Below, piece after piece: positions 26,733-39,070 of a stretch of 64,000 nt of DNA. Every line of letters begins with the position of its first letter. Positions within the stretch are counted from its first letter, which is position 1. The notes under the pieces were generated by a model. The model did no database searches and was not told where the DNA came from. It was given only the letters and a program-made list of their open reading frames with translations. Source of the stretch: Octopus sinensis (Eukaryota); assembly GCF_006345805.1 (NCBI RefSeq), contig NC_042997.1:99758001-99822000 (forward strand), in the 5' to 3' direction. A program made the position numbers and the translations under genes.

Positions 26733-28540
26733 ATTTGCATTAATAGATAGTCGTGAAACATCTTATATTTCCATGAATTAAGGAAGGAAGATAATTTTAC
26801 ATTTGCTTGTTCACACAAATGATCGTGTGCAACTGTGCTTAACTGGTGAAAGTGGCATCTCTTTTCAACAAGTTTCATCTAAAGTAAACAGAGCAACAAG
26901 GAAGAAACTTTGCTGATACGTACCTAAGGCTCCAATCTAATATGTTATTGGCAAAGTGAAAACCTTTGACATTTTTGGCAGGTAACGGTAACCATCTTTA
27001 ATCATTTTGCCAGAATTCAGACTCTTATAAACAACAATAGGTATTTTTCAAATAAATAAAAACTGCCAATGGATTATTCTGCATTTAAGACAAACCAGGC
27101 ATGTTTCCAATGCAACAAATGAGAAAATTCTACAGAACAAGTGCCAGACAGCTTCCTGCTGAAAACTGAGTGCCAAATTCTGTTAAAGGATATAAAGCTG
27201 ATTTAATAACATAATTTTATCACTGCAACTTCCTAATATCAGGAAGAAAACTATGCCAAATTAAAAATAAATAGCAGTCAGCACCTCGCCAGTTTGATGA
27301 AGAATCTTCAGAAACAACCAAGAAAACTAATGAAACCCCTCTACAATCTCTAAAACATGTATTTTTTATTTGCCTGTGAGAAAGTGCCAAAGATCAGGCT
27401 TGCTATTCTGCATTCTAGCTTTAATTCATTTTAATTTATTTATATTCTAGAAATTTCTCTCCTGCCTTCCTTGACTAGAGTTAGTCATTAAGATAATGAC
27501 AGGGTTTTCTTACAATGGATGCAAGTTTAATCAATTACGATTGTTTGGTTCAGTATATTAGATGTGTAAGCGCCCCATATTATCAATCAGAAGAGACAGG
27601 GAGAGAGAGTACATGTGCTCATGCCTGTGTGTGTGTGTGTGTGTGTGTGTGTGCACATGCACCAGTAATCACCTCTTCTTTAGCATTTCTTGTGATGTTA
27701 GTAATGTCAAACACAGAGACACGCAACTGTCAATTTTATGAGCCAATGTGATCACTCAAGAGGCTAGAAAAATCAAAAAAATTTCCTTGAATCACTCTTA
27801 ACTATCTACAAAACAAAAAAAATGGAAGAATATGTGGGAAGAGCAGAAAGGAAATTAGGAGACATTAATGCCACATACTTGGCATAAGCAAAAACCAAAG
27901 CCTAGTCTTCAATAATTCAAAACTGTAAAAAATAATACTACAATACTAGAGCTGTTACCTAAATTCTAGAATTCTGGAATCTCCAGAAATCCAGGAATAT
28001 TGTGGAATGCATTGCAATACATAATATTGATTAAACAAACCCAGTTTTTGATGTTGGGTTCTTTGCATACAGTATACTAAATAAAAATGGTTTTGTTCTT
28101 TGCTTCTTTATGTGAATTGATAGAGCTTTAAACATACACTGCTTTTGAAACGTATTAATTTGTACCCGTATATGCTCAATAAAACCATGTTCTTTACTTT
28201 TCTTCATTTTATTTTCATCTTATAATCATTTTACTGTATATATGGTAAAGTATCATATGTTTTATGAATTTTAAGTGGATTAATAAATTTGAAACAGAGC
28301 CTATTTTAGAAATGTATTAATTTCAACTTGTTAATTGTAATTTGATTCTTTACTTTTCATAGTTATTTTATATTTTACGTATATAGACACAAGTGTGGCT
28401 ATGTGGTAAGAAGCTTGCTTCCCAACCACATGGTTCTAAGTTCAGCTCCACTGTGGCACCTTGAGCAAGTGTCTTCTATAGCCTCAGATCAACCAAACAA
28501 AGCTTTGTGAGTGGTTTTGGTGGGCAGAAACTAGAAGCCC

Positions 28541-28597
<57 letters not shown>

Positions 28598-29019
28598 ATG
28601 CGCGTGTGTGTGTGTGTGCTTGTCCCTCATACTACTTGACAACCAGTGTTGGTATGCCCCTGTAACTTAGTAGTTCAGCAAAAGAGACTGATTGAATAAG
28701 TTCCAGACTTTAAAAAAATAAACTGAAAAAAATAAACTTAAAAAAATAAACTGAAAATTCTTCTTACTGAAACAAGTAAAAAATGAAAGAAGATATATTT
28801 AGGCTGCTTCTAGAAAACCAGAAAATCTAAAATTCAGTGTATTTCCAGTGTACTTAATTTTTGAGAGCAGTCAGGTTCATTTTTAGTATTCTCGTTTATG
28901 AGAACAGTTGAGTTTATTTCAGATATTCTCATTTAAAAAATCATCTCTGGCTAATTATTGAGAGAACGTTGGTGTTGCCTTGGTGGAGGCTTGTGCTCTC
29001 TGAATGCTCTTGTTTATCT

Positions 29020-29930
29020 TTCACTTTCAATCATTGGACTGCAGCCATACTGGGGCACTACTGTGTAGGACTTAGTTGAAGAAATTGACCAGTATTAATT
29101 TTTTTAAAGTCTAGTACTTATTCTGTCAGTATCTTTTTGCTGAACTGCTAAGCTATGGGGGACATAAACAAACCAATACCAATGTCAAGTAGTACTGGGG
29201 GCACGAACATAGGCACACACATGCACACACACACATTTATGATGAGTTTCTTTCAGTTTCCATGTACCCAATCCACTCACAAGACTTTAGTTGGTCTTGA
29301 GCTGTGGTAAAAGGCACTTGTTCAAAGTACCAAGCAGTGGAACTGAACCTAGAACCATGTGGTTGGAAAGCTTTCTTCTTAACGCATATCCACATCTGCA
29401 CCTATAGCTGGGTATTTACTCTTTTACTTGTTTCAGTCATTTTGACTACGGCCATGCTGGAGCACCGCCTTTAGTTGAGGAAATCAACCCCAGGACTTAT
29501 TCTTTGTAAGCCTAGTACTTATTTTATCAGTCTCTTTTGCTGAACCGCTAAGTTACGGGGACGTAAACACACCAGCATTAGTTATCAAGCAATGTTGAGG
29601 GAGGGGGACATACACACAAACATATACACACACATGCATATATACATATATATACATCATCATCATCGTTTAATGTCCGTTCTCCATGCTAGCATGGGTT
29701 GGACGGTTCGACCGGGGATCTGGGAAGCCAGAAGGCTGCACCAGGCTCCGGTCTTATCTGGCAATGTTTCTACAGCTGGATGCCCTTCCTAACGCCAACC
29801 ACTATATATATATATATACGACAGGCTTCTTTCAGTTTCTGTCTACCAAATCCACTCACAAGGTTTCGGTCAGCCCGAGGCTATAGTAGGAGACACTTGC
29901 CCAAGGTGCCATGCAGTGGGACTGAAATTT
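29020..29930 (-). mobile_element. Two adjacent minus-strand family A SINEs, the second interrupted by a family E repeat (~29655-29805)
   Basis: Reverse-complement matches to the family A head (ccaaggtgcc..gcagtgggactgaa) and tail (ccatgctggagcaccgcc). Family E marker catcatcgtttaatgtccgttctccatgctagcatgggttggacgg. Confidence 0.75.
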
Positions 29931-29960
29931 ATTGATGAAATTTCTTCCTCATGTTACTAG

Positions 29961-30217
29961 ACTTTGCAAAACATTCATTAAGAACAGTTTCCCCAACTTT
30001 CCTGCTGTTTATTGATGGACAAAAATTCTCTGAAAATTCTCTGAAAAGTACATACAGCTGGCTCCCTATTTTGAGATCTCTTTTTATTTCAGTGAGACTC
30101 CACTGCAAAAATAGGGATAATATAAACAACATTGTAACACCCATAACAATTTTGGTGAAACTTGATATCTTTGATAGCTTTCATACCCTGACTTTTTACC
30201 AGGAGTCTCTCTACAAA
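29961..30217 (+). CDS. Candidate upstream exon of the same plus-strand gene (257 nt, phase 1/0)
   Basis: tcttcctcatgttactAG| acceptor, stop-free frame (D)FAKHSLRTVSPTFLLFIDG...DSFHTLTFYQESLYK and |GTATAT donor. Phase is compatible with the 33123 exon. Unique, non-repeat sequence, but no homology recognised. Confidence 0.35.
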
Positions 30218-31573
30218 GTATATTTAATATGAATACGAGTTTCACATTTAAAGTATTGGATGTCAGCCAAGTGTAAAGAACCACAGTACTTATTGACTGT
30301 CTCTTGGAGAAATTCTGCCTTAATGCAATGTACTACTGTGGCTAATGAAATAGGGTGCTGAACATTATACTAATGTAAACCTTTACCCCATCACTTCATG
30401 AATAAGTATAAAAGGTTTCATAACAGAATACAGCATGAATGCATACAGTGTGTGAAATATAGTATAGATAGAAATAGGTGTAGAAAGGCATTAGTAGGTC
30501 ATTGTTGAATGTACACCCATGCCAAGGAAGGAGCCTCTACATTTTCCTTTGATCTGCTAGAAATAGCAGCCAAATCTCTCTCAGATCACACCACTATCAT
30601 CTTGGAAAAATATAGGACACATTAGATAATGCATCCGAAAAGAAAAGCTATGATGGCCATGGTTAGAATACTTTTGATCATAGATCTACTTGCTCAGAGT
30701 TGACCTGGAATTAAACAACAGCAACAGTACCGTTGTTGAAATTTAATTTACTCTCATGGCTCACCTAGCTTCAGTAAATATGTCTCTGTGTGAAAGATTG
30801 TAAGGTGTGAAGCTGGCAAATTGCTTACATTAGATTTCCAATCCATAGGTCACAAGTTTAAATCTAGAATATCTCTAGATAGGAAAGTGTAAGGCTAGAA
30901 TATCTCTAGATAGGAAAGTGTAACCCTCTTGGGACACCCAGGCCAATTGATCAGCCCAAGCAATACAAACTGAAAGGTCTTTGAGGTGGATCCAACAGCT
31001 TGATGGAACAAATGTTGTCAATGGTTGGTTTTGAAGAGTAATAACTAATCAGAGATTGTCTTTCAGTAGACATAACTCAATAGAAAAAAAAATCTTGACA
31101 TTTTTGGTTACACATACCAAAACAGTGTGTGTCTTAAAAAGGTTAATTATAAATTCTTCATTTCACCCAAGTTGCTAGCATACCTAACTAACATACAGCC
31201 AGGGAGTCAGGAGTTCACATTCTACCCTTAGCATTACACATTATGTACTACCCTATAGCAGTTTCCAAAGAATCTCCTTGCACACAAATATAACAACAAA
31301 GGAATGTAGATATTCCATCAATTAGAGCTATCTTTTATCTTTTACTTGTTACTTTCATCGGACTGTAGCCATGGTAGTGCATTGCCTTGAAATACTCAAC
31401 CCTAGTACTTATTTTTAAGTCTGGTACTTATTCTGTTGGTCTCTATTGCTGAACCACTATGTTACAGGGACATAAACAAGCTTTGTCTGTCCCTGTAGCT
31501 TAGTGGTTACACTGGTAATCAAGCAGGGTGTCAAAGAACAAACACAAGCACACACACATACATCTTCTGAGGT

Positions 31574-31604
<31 letters not shown>

Positions 31605-32057
31605 GTTTAACGTCCGTTTTCCATGCTAGCATGGGTTGGACGGTTCGACCGGGGACTGGGAAGCCAGGAGGCTGCACCAGGCTCCAGTCTGATCTGGCAA
31701 TGTTTCTACAGCTGGATGCCCTTCCTAATGCCAACCACTCCGTGAGTGTAGTGGGTGCTTTTTACATGCCACCTGCATAGGTGCCAGAGGAGGCTGGCAG
31801 CGGCCATGATTGGGTGCAATGTCTTTGCAATTGTATCCTTGAGATGTGACTGAACGCATCATTTGGACTGAGGTGTACACTCTGTTACTCCCTCCTATTG
31901 TTGCTTAATCCCCCACTGCTTTTTATCTTTCTCCCTTGTTGGAGTAATTCTAAGGGTTTTTTCTCTATAATTTATTCTTTTATCCTTTTAACTTTTTTCT
32001 TTCTTTACTTGTAACATTATGTTGCTAAATAAAAATTTCATTAAAAAAAATAATAAC

Positions 32058-32219
32058 AGGTGCAGGCATGACTGTGTGGTAAGAAGCTTGCTTCCCAACC
32101 ACATGGTTCTGGGTTCAGTCCACTGCTTGGCACCTTGTGTAAGTGTCTTCTACTACAGCCTCAGGCCAACCAAAGCCTTGTGAGTGGATTTGGTAGATGG
32201 CAACTGAAAGAAGCCTATC

Positions 32220-32256
<37 letters not shown>

Positions 32257-32474
32257 GGTTGTGTGTCTTTGTGTCTATGTTTGTCCCCCTACTATTGCTT
32301 GAAAACCAATGTTGGTGTGTTTATGTCCCTGTAACTTAGCAATTTGGCAAAAGAGAATAAGTATTTGGCTTACAAAGAATAAATCCTAGGGTCAATTTCT
32401 TTGACTAAAACCGTTTAAGGTAGTGTGGCAGCATAGCCATAGTTAAATGACTGAAACAAGTAGAAGGATAAAAG
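32058..32474 (+). mobile_element. Family A SINE, near full length
   Basis: aggtgcaggcatgactgtgtggtaagaagcttgcttcccaaccacatggttctgggttcagtccactgc...caaagccttgtgagtggatttggtagatgg...tgactgaaacaagtag. Confidence 0.8.
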
Positions 32475-33122
32475 AACAGTCTAATGATTCAGTTAACTGA
32501 GCTATGAACAATTTTGATTTAGATTTATGTATTGGTATGTATTTCAAGAAACAACTGGATTTCTTTCTCTAACATTTCAGATAGTACAACTTAAACAAGT
32601 TAATGAATGAAAAATAAAACAGGAATTTTGAAAGAAGTTTTTATAAAACTAGTTTTTAAACATCAAATGGCTATGGGGAAAATAATAACCAAAGAGATCC
32701 ATTTTGTTTTTTGCCACAAAAAAATCACCTTCAGTCTTATTTGTGAAGCTGGGCCTATGTTATATGGTTTAATGTACAAAAAACTTTTTCTCTTGGATAT
32801 GCACTGCTGAAATTAGGGTGTGTCTAAAATTTCCCTGTGCCTTTTATGCCAACAAATAAGGTAACATAAATAAGACTTCAAAGTAAGAGAAAAAAATTAC
32901 TTAATTTCATTAAGTATCTTACAGGAAGTTCTTGGTTCAATAATTTCTCCTATGTTATTAATTATTATTGTAGTTCAAATTCATTCAGAATCCTTCTTCT
33001 GAATTGAAGTCAAAATATTTGAGTAGATAATTAACTCTCAGTCTTGAGTTCAAATCTACACCAGGCATTGTTTTTTATTCTCTTTTTCTTTTTTCTTTTT
33101 TTTTTTTTTCTTTTTTTCATAG

Positions 33123-33299
33123 GTTAACCAGAGAAGGAAGAGTGGTGTCCATGACCCTTTGAAAGGTTTTTGTGACCAATGGGAAGAAAGGAGGAATTAT
33201 TCAGTCCAAAGAATGGTCCAAATGCTTACAACAGAGTGCAATCCACTAACAGCACCAAACAACCAGGTAGTAGTGTTTTGGGATGATAAAACTTTTTAT
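33123..33299 (+). CDS. Candidate internal coding exon of an unidentified plus-strand gene (59 codons, phase 0/0)
   Basis: A ~55-nt almost pure pyrimidine tract ends catAG|, followed by one open frame VNQRRKSGVHDPLKGFCDQWEERRNYSVQRMVQMLTTECNPLTAPNNQVVVFWDDKTFY and donor |GTATGT. The other two frames stop early. Protein not recognised. Confidence 0.6.
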
Positions 33300-33836
33300 G
33301 TATGTACTGAGGTACATGTTGATGTACCTCATTTCACCTAGCTGTTAGAATTAGGTATAAGGTTATCTGGAGTAATACCAATACTATGTTGTATCTTATT
33401 ACAAAGATAGTTAAAATCTGTCCACTTAATATCATGAAACTAGGGTTAGTATAAATCCATCAAGACTGGAGATATTTGCAGTTAATTTTACTTTTAGCCA
33501 TATGAGCCAATGAGGGAACTTCAACATGTTTGTTTGATCTGTGAAAACAGCATCCAAATCTCCCTCAAATCACAGCACACTATCCTTAAAACGAAAGCTT
33601 TCCCTGCAGAAGCTTTCCACAATATGGTACAAGGGTTCTGCGCCTTGTGCAACACCTTATGAGGCTGCCCTACTAGTTGGTGCATAAACTTGAATCTTCT
33701 TCTCTCTAGTTCATACCCAGTCCCTACAGTGCACAGGGTTTTGAGAAGCTCACATAAAGCACATGCATAAGAAAATATAATGGGAATTGATGGGGAGCAC
33801 TGGTGGTCTTGGTCAACTCTATGCTCTATAACATCT

Positions 33837-33882
33837 CTGGGACCACTATCCTGGGATTGTGGTCCCAGGATAGTGGTCCCAG
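33837..33882. other. Perfect 20-bp stem, 6-nt loop, GC-rich hairpin
   Basis: ctgggaccactatcctggga-ttgtgg-tcccaggatagtggtcccag. Confidence 0.85.
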
Positions 33883-34077
33883 TACAGTGGTCCCTGCAAG
33901 AGTAGCAAGCAAGCAATCAACACATCAATGGATCTCAGTCCCTCTTGCTAGATGTCCAGTCCAAAGAGGAAAGACATATTGTATTTCAATTAAAGAAATG
34001 TCATTAATAAGAACCAAAAAGAGAAATTCCAAAAATAATATCTGACAACTCACATGTATAGCTATCTATATTTTCAG

Positions 34078-34116
34078 GTGACTATATGCCTTGGAGAAAC
34101 TGGACATAATCTATAA
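34078..34116 (+). CDS. Candidate terminal coding segment (VTICLGETGHNL* in phase 0) followed by 3'UTR-like sequence
   Basis: tatctatattttcAG| acceptor at 34076-34077, TAA at 34114-34116, AT-rich unique sequence and AATAAA at 34589-34594. The frame is uncertain: phase 1 would give DYMPWRNWT*. Confidence 0.3.
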   Translation: MTICLGETGHNL

Positions 34117-35992
34117 GGAAACAAATTCCATATTCTATTAGTTTATAAGCTTTTGCTCTTGAATTAAGCAGGTCTGCAGAGTGTTGACAGTAAATAGAGT
34201 AACTTTTGTCTATTTTCTATATGGAAAAATTGTATTTTTCTTAGACCAATTTTTTTTGGTTTTGTTTTTGTGCACATGTAATTTTCCAAAACTGCATGCA
34301 TAACTCAAATATTAAGATAGATCAAATTGGTTTCTCAGTTTCACAGCATAAAACCAGCAAGGAATTACTATAAAAATGATATAACTTGCCACAGGGCAGG
34401 TAAATACCATCAGTAAATGTGAAAGTCAATGTTTCTCTTTTGGTTCAGAAAATATTAAAGATATTCATGTCCTAAGGGTCAGTGTAATATAATTATAACC
34501 ATAAATTAGAACAAATGGTTTAGACAAGACTATATATCATGAGATTATAAGTCCTATATGAAGACAGTAAAAGTAATTCAAGGAGTGAAATAAAGACTTT
34601 TTACCTAAGCAACATCAAGTTTCATTATTGTTTTTAGAAAAAAGATTGTAGGATGTTGTGATGTTCACATCTTTCCCCAAAGTAAGGTGCAGGTGTGATT
34701 GTGTGAAGCTTGATTTACATCCATGTGGTTGTGGCACCTTGGGCAAGTGTCTGCTACTATAACCCTGGGCCAACCAAGCCTTCTTGAGTGGAGTTGGTAG
34801 ATGGAAACTGAAAGAAGCTTATCACGTATATATATATCATCATCATCAGCAGCAGCATCATTTAATGTCCGTTTTCCATGCTAGCATGGGTTGGACGGTT
34901 TGACCAGGATTTGGGAAACCAGGAGGCTGCACCAGGCTTCAGTCTGATCTGGCAATGTTTCTACAGCTGGATGCCCTTCCTAACGTCAACCACTCTGTGA
35001 GTGTAGTGGGTGTTTTTTACGTGCCACACATATATATATATATAAAGATCCCCTTTGGTCCTGAATGACCATGGGATTGGGATTGAACCTCGAAAGTTTC
35101 CCTCCAAGGCACAAGTCCGGGCAAGGTTGTTTGTGGAAGACCAGCAGTCACCCATGCATACCAGCCTTCCCTCCGCACACCACCAATGTTATCCAAGGGA
35201 AAGGCAAAGGCCAATACAGCTTGACACTAGTGATGTCACAACTCATTTCTACAGCTGAGTGAAATGGAGCAATGTGAAATAAAATGTTTTGTATATATAC
35301 CTGTGTGTGTCTGTGTGTGTATGTGTCTAGATATGTGGGTGAGTGCTTGTGTTCATGCATATCCTTGTCGTGACATTATGTGACAGCTATAAATGAGCAT
35401 CACCATCATACAAGCAACATGGTTCATATCCGATCTTCCATGGAAGACATGTCAAGCCATGGACAAATATTATCCTGATTGGAAACAGGTGAGGGTTGGT
35501 GAAAATCTGCTGTAGAAAATCTGCCTCAACAATTTTCAGTTTACCTATGCAAGCATGGAAAAGTGGATGTTAAAGGACGATGGTGATGTAAGAAAAAAAT
35601 TGAAACTTAAATCAAATTTATATTTTTAAGCTGTAACTAAAAAAGTTGCAGCCAAGACTATGTAATCTCATTGTTCAAGACAGAACTGAATCAGTAAATT
35701 GACAATGTGCTAAATAATGAAAAGCTTCAGTAAATTGAGCAATGAAGACACACTAATTAAAACTGATTAATTGTTGGGAATGATAAAACTGCTTTGAGAT
35801 TTTATCAAAACGTGGACAATTAGGAAAAGAGTTGCAGAAGAGAATTAGAGAATATCGAATATTGTAGTTTATTACAAAACTGAGAGCGATTTCAAAGAGT
35901 TCTTAGCTAAGAAATTGAAACTTTAGTCACTTTATCTGAAAGTCTATAAAAAACTAGTGTTTCTAAGAGAATTAGATTACTAGAATATTAGA

Positions 35993-36306
35993 GAAAAAAC
36001 AGTTTTAAAAAATTAGTAAACTAAAGAAAAATTTAGATTTTAAGATAATAGGTGTAGGCATGGGTGTGTAATTTAGAAGCTGACTTCCCAATCATGTGGT
36101 TTTGGGATCAGTTCCACTGTATGGCACCTTCTACTCATAGGCTTGGACTGACCAAAGACTTTAGTAGAAGGTGCCATACAGTGGAACTGATCCCAAGACC
36201 ACATGATTGGGAAGTCAGCTTCTAAACTACACACCCATGCCTACACCTATTATCTTAAAATCTAAATTTTTCTTTAGTTTACTATTTTTTTAACTGTTTT
36301 TTTTTC
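35993..36306. repeat. Fold-back inverted duplication (~140-bp arms, 27-nt spacer) of a SINE head plus its unique flank
   Basis: 35993-36135 versus reverse complement of 36163-36306. Only 2 mismatches over the ~120-bp core. Confidence 0.9.
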
Positions 36307-37076
36307 TGCCATGCATTGCTGCTGCTGCCATGCATTGCTGCTGCCATGTGTTGCTGCTGCTGCTGTTATCATTATTGTATTAAAAACTGATGTTGCTGCT
36401 ATTTAGCCCAAGGTCAGTCCTGATTAAGTAAACCTATGATCAAAAGCATTTCAGCTATGACCATCCCCTATATGAGAGCTAAATAGATCAATGTATTTTT
36501 TATATATTTAAATAATTAAAGTGTAACTTAAAAGTGATTTAATTGCTATTTCCATCAGATCAAACAACTGGGTAGAGAGATTACCTAAATAAGGGTTGGA
36601 CAGGTCTGTAAAGGAGCATATTGCCATCTTCATGCTCAATTAGATTCAACATCATGAGATCAAATCTGGCTATGACATCTTTGTCATATGAGTACCTTCT
36701 ACTGTTAGTAACACTATACTGCTTTACTCAGAAGGTCTTATCCATTGCTTTACATGACCTTATAATAAAACTGATCTGAAAACTTTTTCTGAAAAATTAA
36801 ATCATCATCATTTTAACATCTATTTTTCCATGGTTTCATGGGTCAGATGGAATTTTGTTGAGGCAAATTTTCTATGGTCAGATGCTCTTCCTGTTGCCAA
36901 CTCACACCTGTTTCCAGACAAAGTAATATTTCCCCATGACCAGACAATGTTTCACAAAAGACTGGAAACAAAAACACCACCTGCATGATGGTGACTCTCA
37001 TTTACAACTATCATTGATATCAAGGTATGTGCACAAGCACACACACACACACACACACACACACAAGCACAGACAG

Positions 37077-37160
<84 letters not shown>

Positions 37161-37161
37161 T

Positions 37162-37485
37162 ATGACTCAGTGGTTAGAGCATCAGGCTCACAATCATTAA
37201 GTATGAGTTCAATTCTCGGACCAGGCTGTGGGTTGTGTTCTTGAGCAAGACACTTCATTTCACATCACTCCAGTTTACTCAGCTGTAGGAATGAGTTGTG
37301 ACATCACTGGTGCCAAGCTGTATTGGTCTTTGCTTTTCCCTTGGATAACATCGGTGGTGTGGAGAGGGGAGGTTGGTATGCATGGGTGACTGCTGGTCTT
37401 CCATAGACAACCTTGCCTGGACTTGTGCCTTAGAGGGTAACTTTCTAAGTGCAATCCCACGGTCATTCATGACCAAAGGGTGTCT
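37162..37485 (+). mobile_element. Family D SINE in sense orientation
   Basis: Head atgactcagtggttagagcatcaggctcacaatc...gagttcaattctcggacc, tail gggtaactttctaagtgcaatcccacggtcattcatgaccaaaggg. Confidence 0.8.
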
Positions 37486-37769
37486 CTATTATATATATGT
37501 ACATACACATACACAAACTCACACACACACATGCACACACACATACAATGAGCTTCTTTCAGTTACCATACACCAAATCCACTTGCAGGGCTTCGGTGAG
37601 CCCAGAGCTACAGTATAAGACACTTGCCCAAGGTGCCACACAATAGGACTGAACCTAAAACCATGTGGTTTGAATCAAGCTTTTTACCACTAGGCTACAT
37701 CTGCACCTATAAACACATTTGTGCCTATAAATGGAAACAAGAAAAATACATATAAAAACAACTACTTAC

Positions 37770-38056
37770 CCACTGATAATTAAACTATCGTCAAATAAAT
37801 AAACTTTCATATGATGTAATCCAATAGTTTCATTGTAACGGTTGGGCATAATCTTCTTCAAAATTCCTCGAAGATCAGGAGTATGGAATAATGAGAGTCT
37901 TGCATTTTGGGGATAGGCACTTAAAACAGGTTGGAGAATAGTGCAGGAGTTCTCTGAACCCCTTCGACCGCGAGTGTAATCAAGCAAAATGTGAACATCA
38001 AAGTCTTTATTTCCCTCAGCAAGTGATTGGCGACAGGCCTCATTTAAAGAATCGAC
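37770..38056 (-). CDS. PGS1: PGS1 internal exon, 287 nt, phase 0/2, with first PLD-type HKD motif
   Basis: ctatttcAG|GTC GAT...ATC AGT GG|GTaagt. Encodes VDSLNEACRQ...HILLDYTRGRRGSENSCTILQPVLSAYPQNARLSLFHTPDLRGILKKIMPNRYNETIGLHHMKVYLFDDSLIISG. It aligns with recalled PGS1 (ILLDFTRGSRG...SLFHTPHLRGLL...RFNETIGLQHIKVYLFDNSVILSG). HMKVYLFD is HxKxxxxD. Confidence 0.95.
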
Positions 38057-38149
38057 CTGAAATAGAGAATCAAGACTAGAAATAAATTCAAGAAAAAACA
38101 TAAGGAAATGATAACACTGTGCAAAAAAATTTAATTTTTTCTTTGTCTT

Positions 38150-38590
38150 TGGTCAGTAAGTGTTATTTCTGATTTGCTTCTGTCTGGAAATCAAAGGAAA
38201 TTACTACTATTCCTTACAAACTTTGCTTTTGTCACCTGGACATCAATGTTTTTCCATTACATTTCAGATAGATTCAGCGCTGAGCTGCTGAAGCAGAAAT
38301 ATCATTATAGCAAATATTCTACTCAATACCACAGATTTGTTTGTCCATCGCTTGACCTTAACCACTTGAGGATGTCTTTTAGTGGCTGATAATTATGTGC
38401 ATCTCTAATCATGAGCAGGGAGCATCATAGCCATGTGTTGAGAGGGATTCTTTGGTGTTTGAATAAATGTAACAAAAGCAAAGTTTGAAGGAAATATTAG
38501 CCATTTTTCATACATTCTAGAAGTAAGCAAATAGGAAATAGCAGTTGCTACCCAGGGGCAAAAATCATGTTACACAGTGTAATCAATAAA
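38150..38590. mobile_element. Composite MITE-like repeat, copy 2 (in the PGS1 intron)
   Basis: Colinear with 19285-19740, including the internal aaatattct.ctcaataccacagatttg segment. Confidence 0.6.
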
Positions 38591-38661
38591 AAAAAAGCAA
38601 TAAATCTGTTTATCATCAAAAGACATGTTTTAAATATATTGATATAATATACAGATATAAA

Positions 38662-39070
38662 AGGCACAGGCATGGCAGTGTGGACAAGGAACTCACTTTG
38701 CAACCACTTGATTTCAGGTTCAGTTCCATTGTGCAGCCAGACTGACCAAGACCTTGTGAGTGAATTTGGTAGAAGGAAACTGTGTGGAAGCCTATTGCAT
38801 ATGCTTGTGTGTGCATGTACATGTGTGTATGTGGGGGGGTGTAAGTGCTTTAGTGTCTGTGTTTTTCCCCAGTCACCATGTGACAACCAGTGTCAGTTTG
38901 TTTACGTCCTCGTACCTTTGCATGTCAACAAAAAAGGCTAATAAAATAAGTACCAAATTTTGATAAAATAAGTACTGGGGTTAACCTGTTAGATTAAAAC
39001 CATTCAAGGTGGTGCCCCAGCATGGCCACAGTCCAATGACTGAAACAAGTAAGTGATAAAAAATAAAAGA
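38662..39070 (+). mobile_element. Family A SINE in the PGS1 intron
   Basis: Head aggcacaggcatggcagtgtgg...ggttcagttccattg, tail gtggtgccccagcatggccacagtccaatgactgaaacaagtaa. Confidence 0.75.

Noticed and set aside
26760-27420. Unique-looking region with coding-like stretches
   Set aside because: Stops occur in all plus frames and no motif could be confirmed. Possibly a very old LINE relic, but unsupported.
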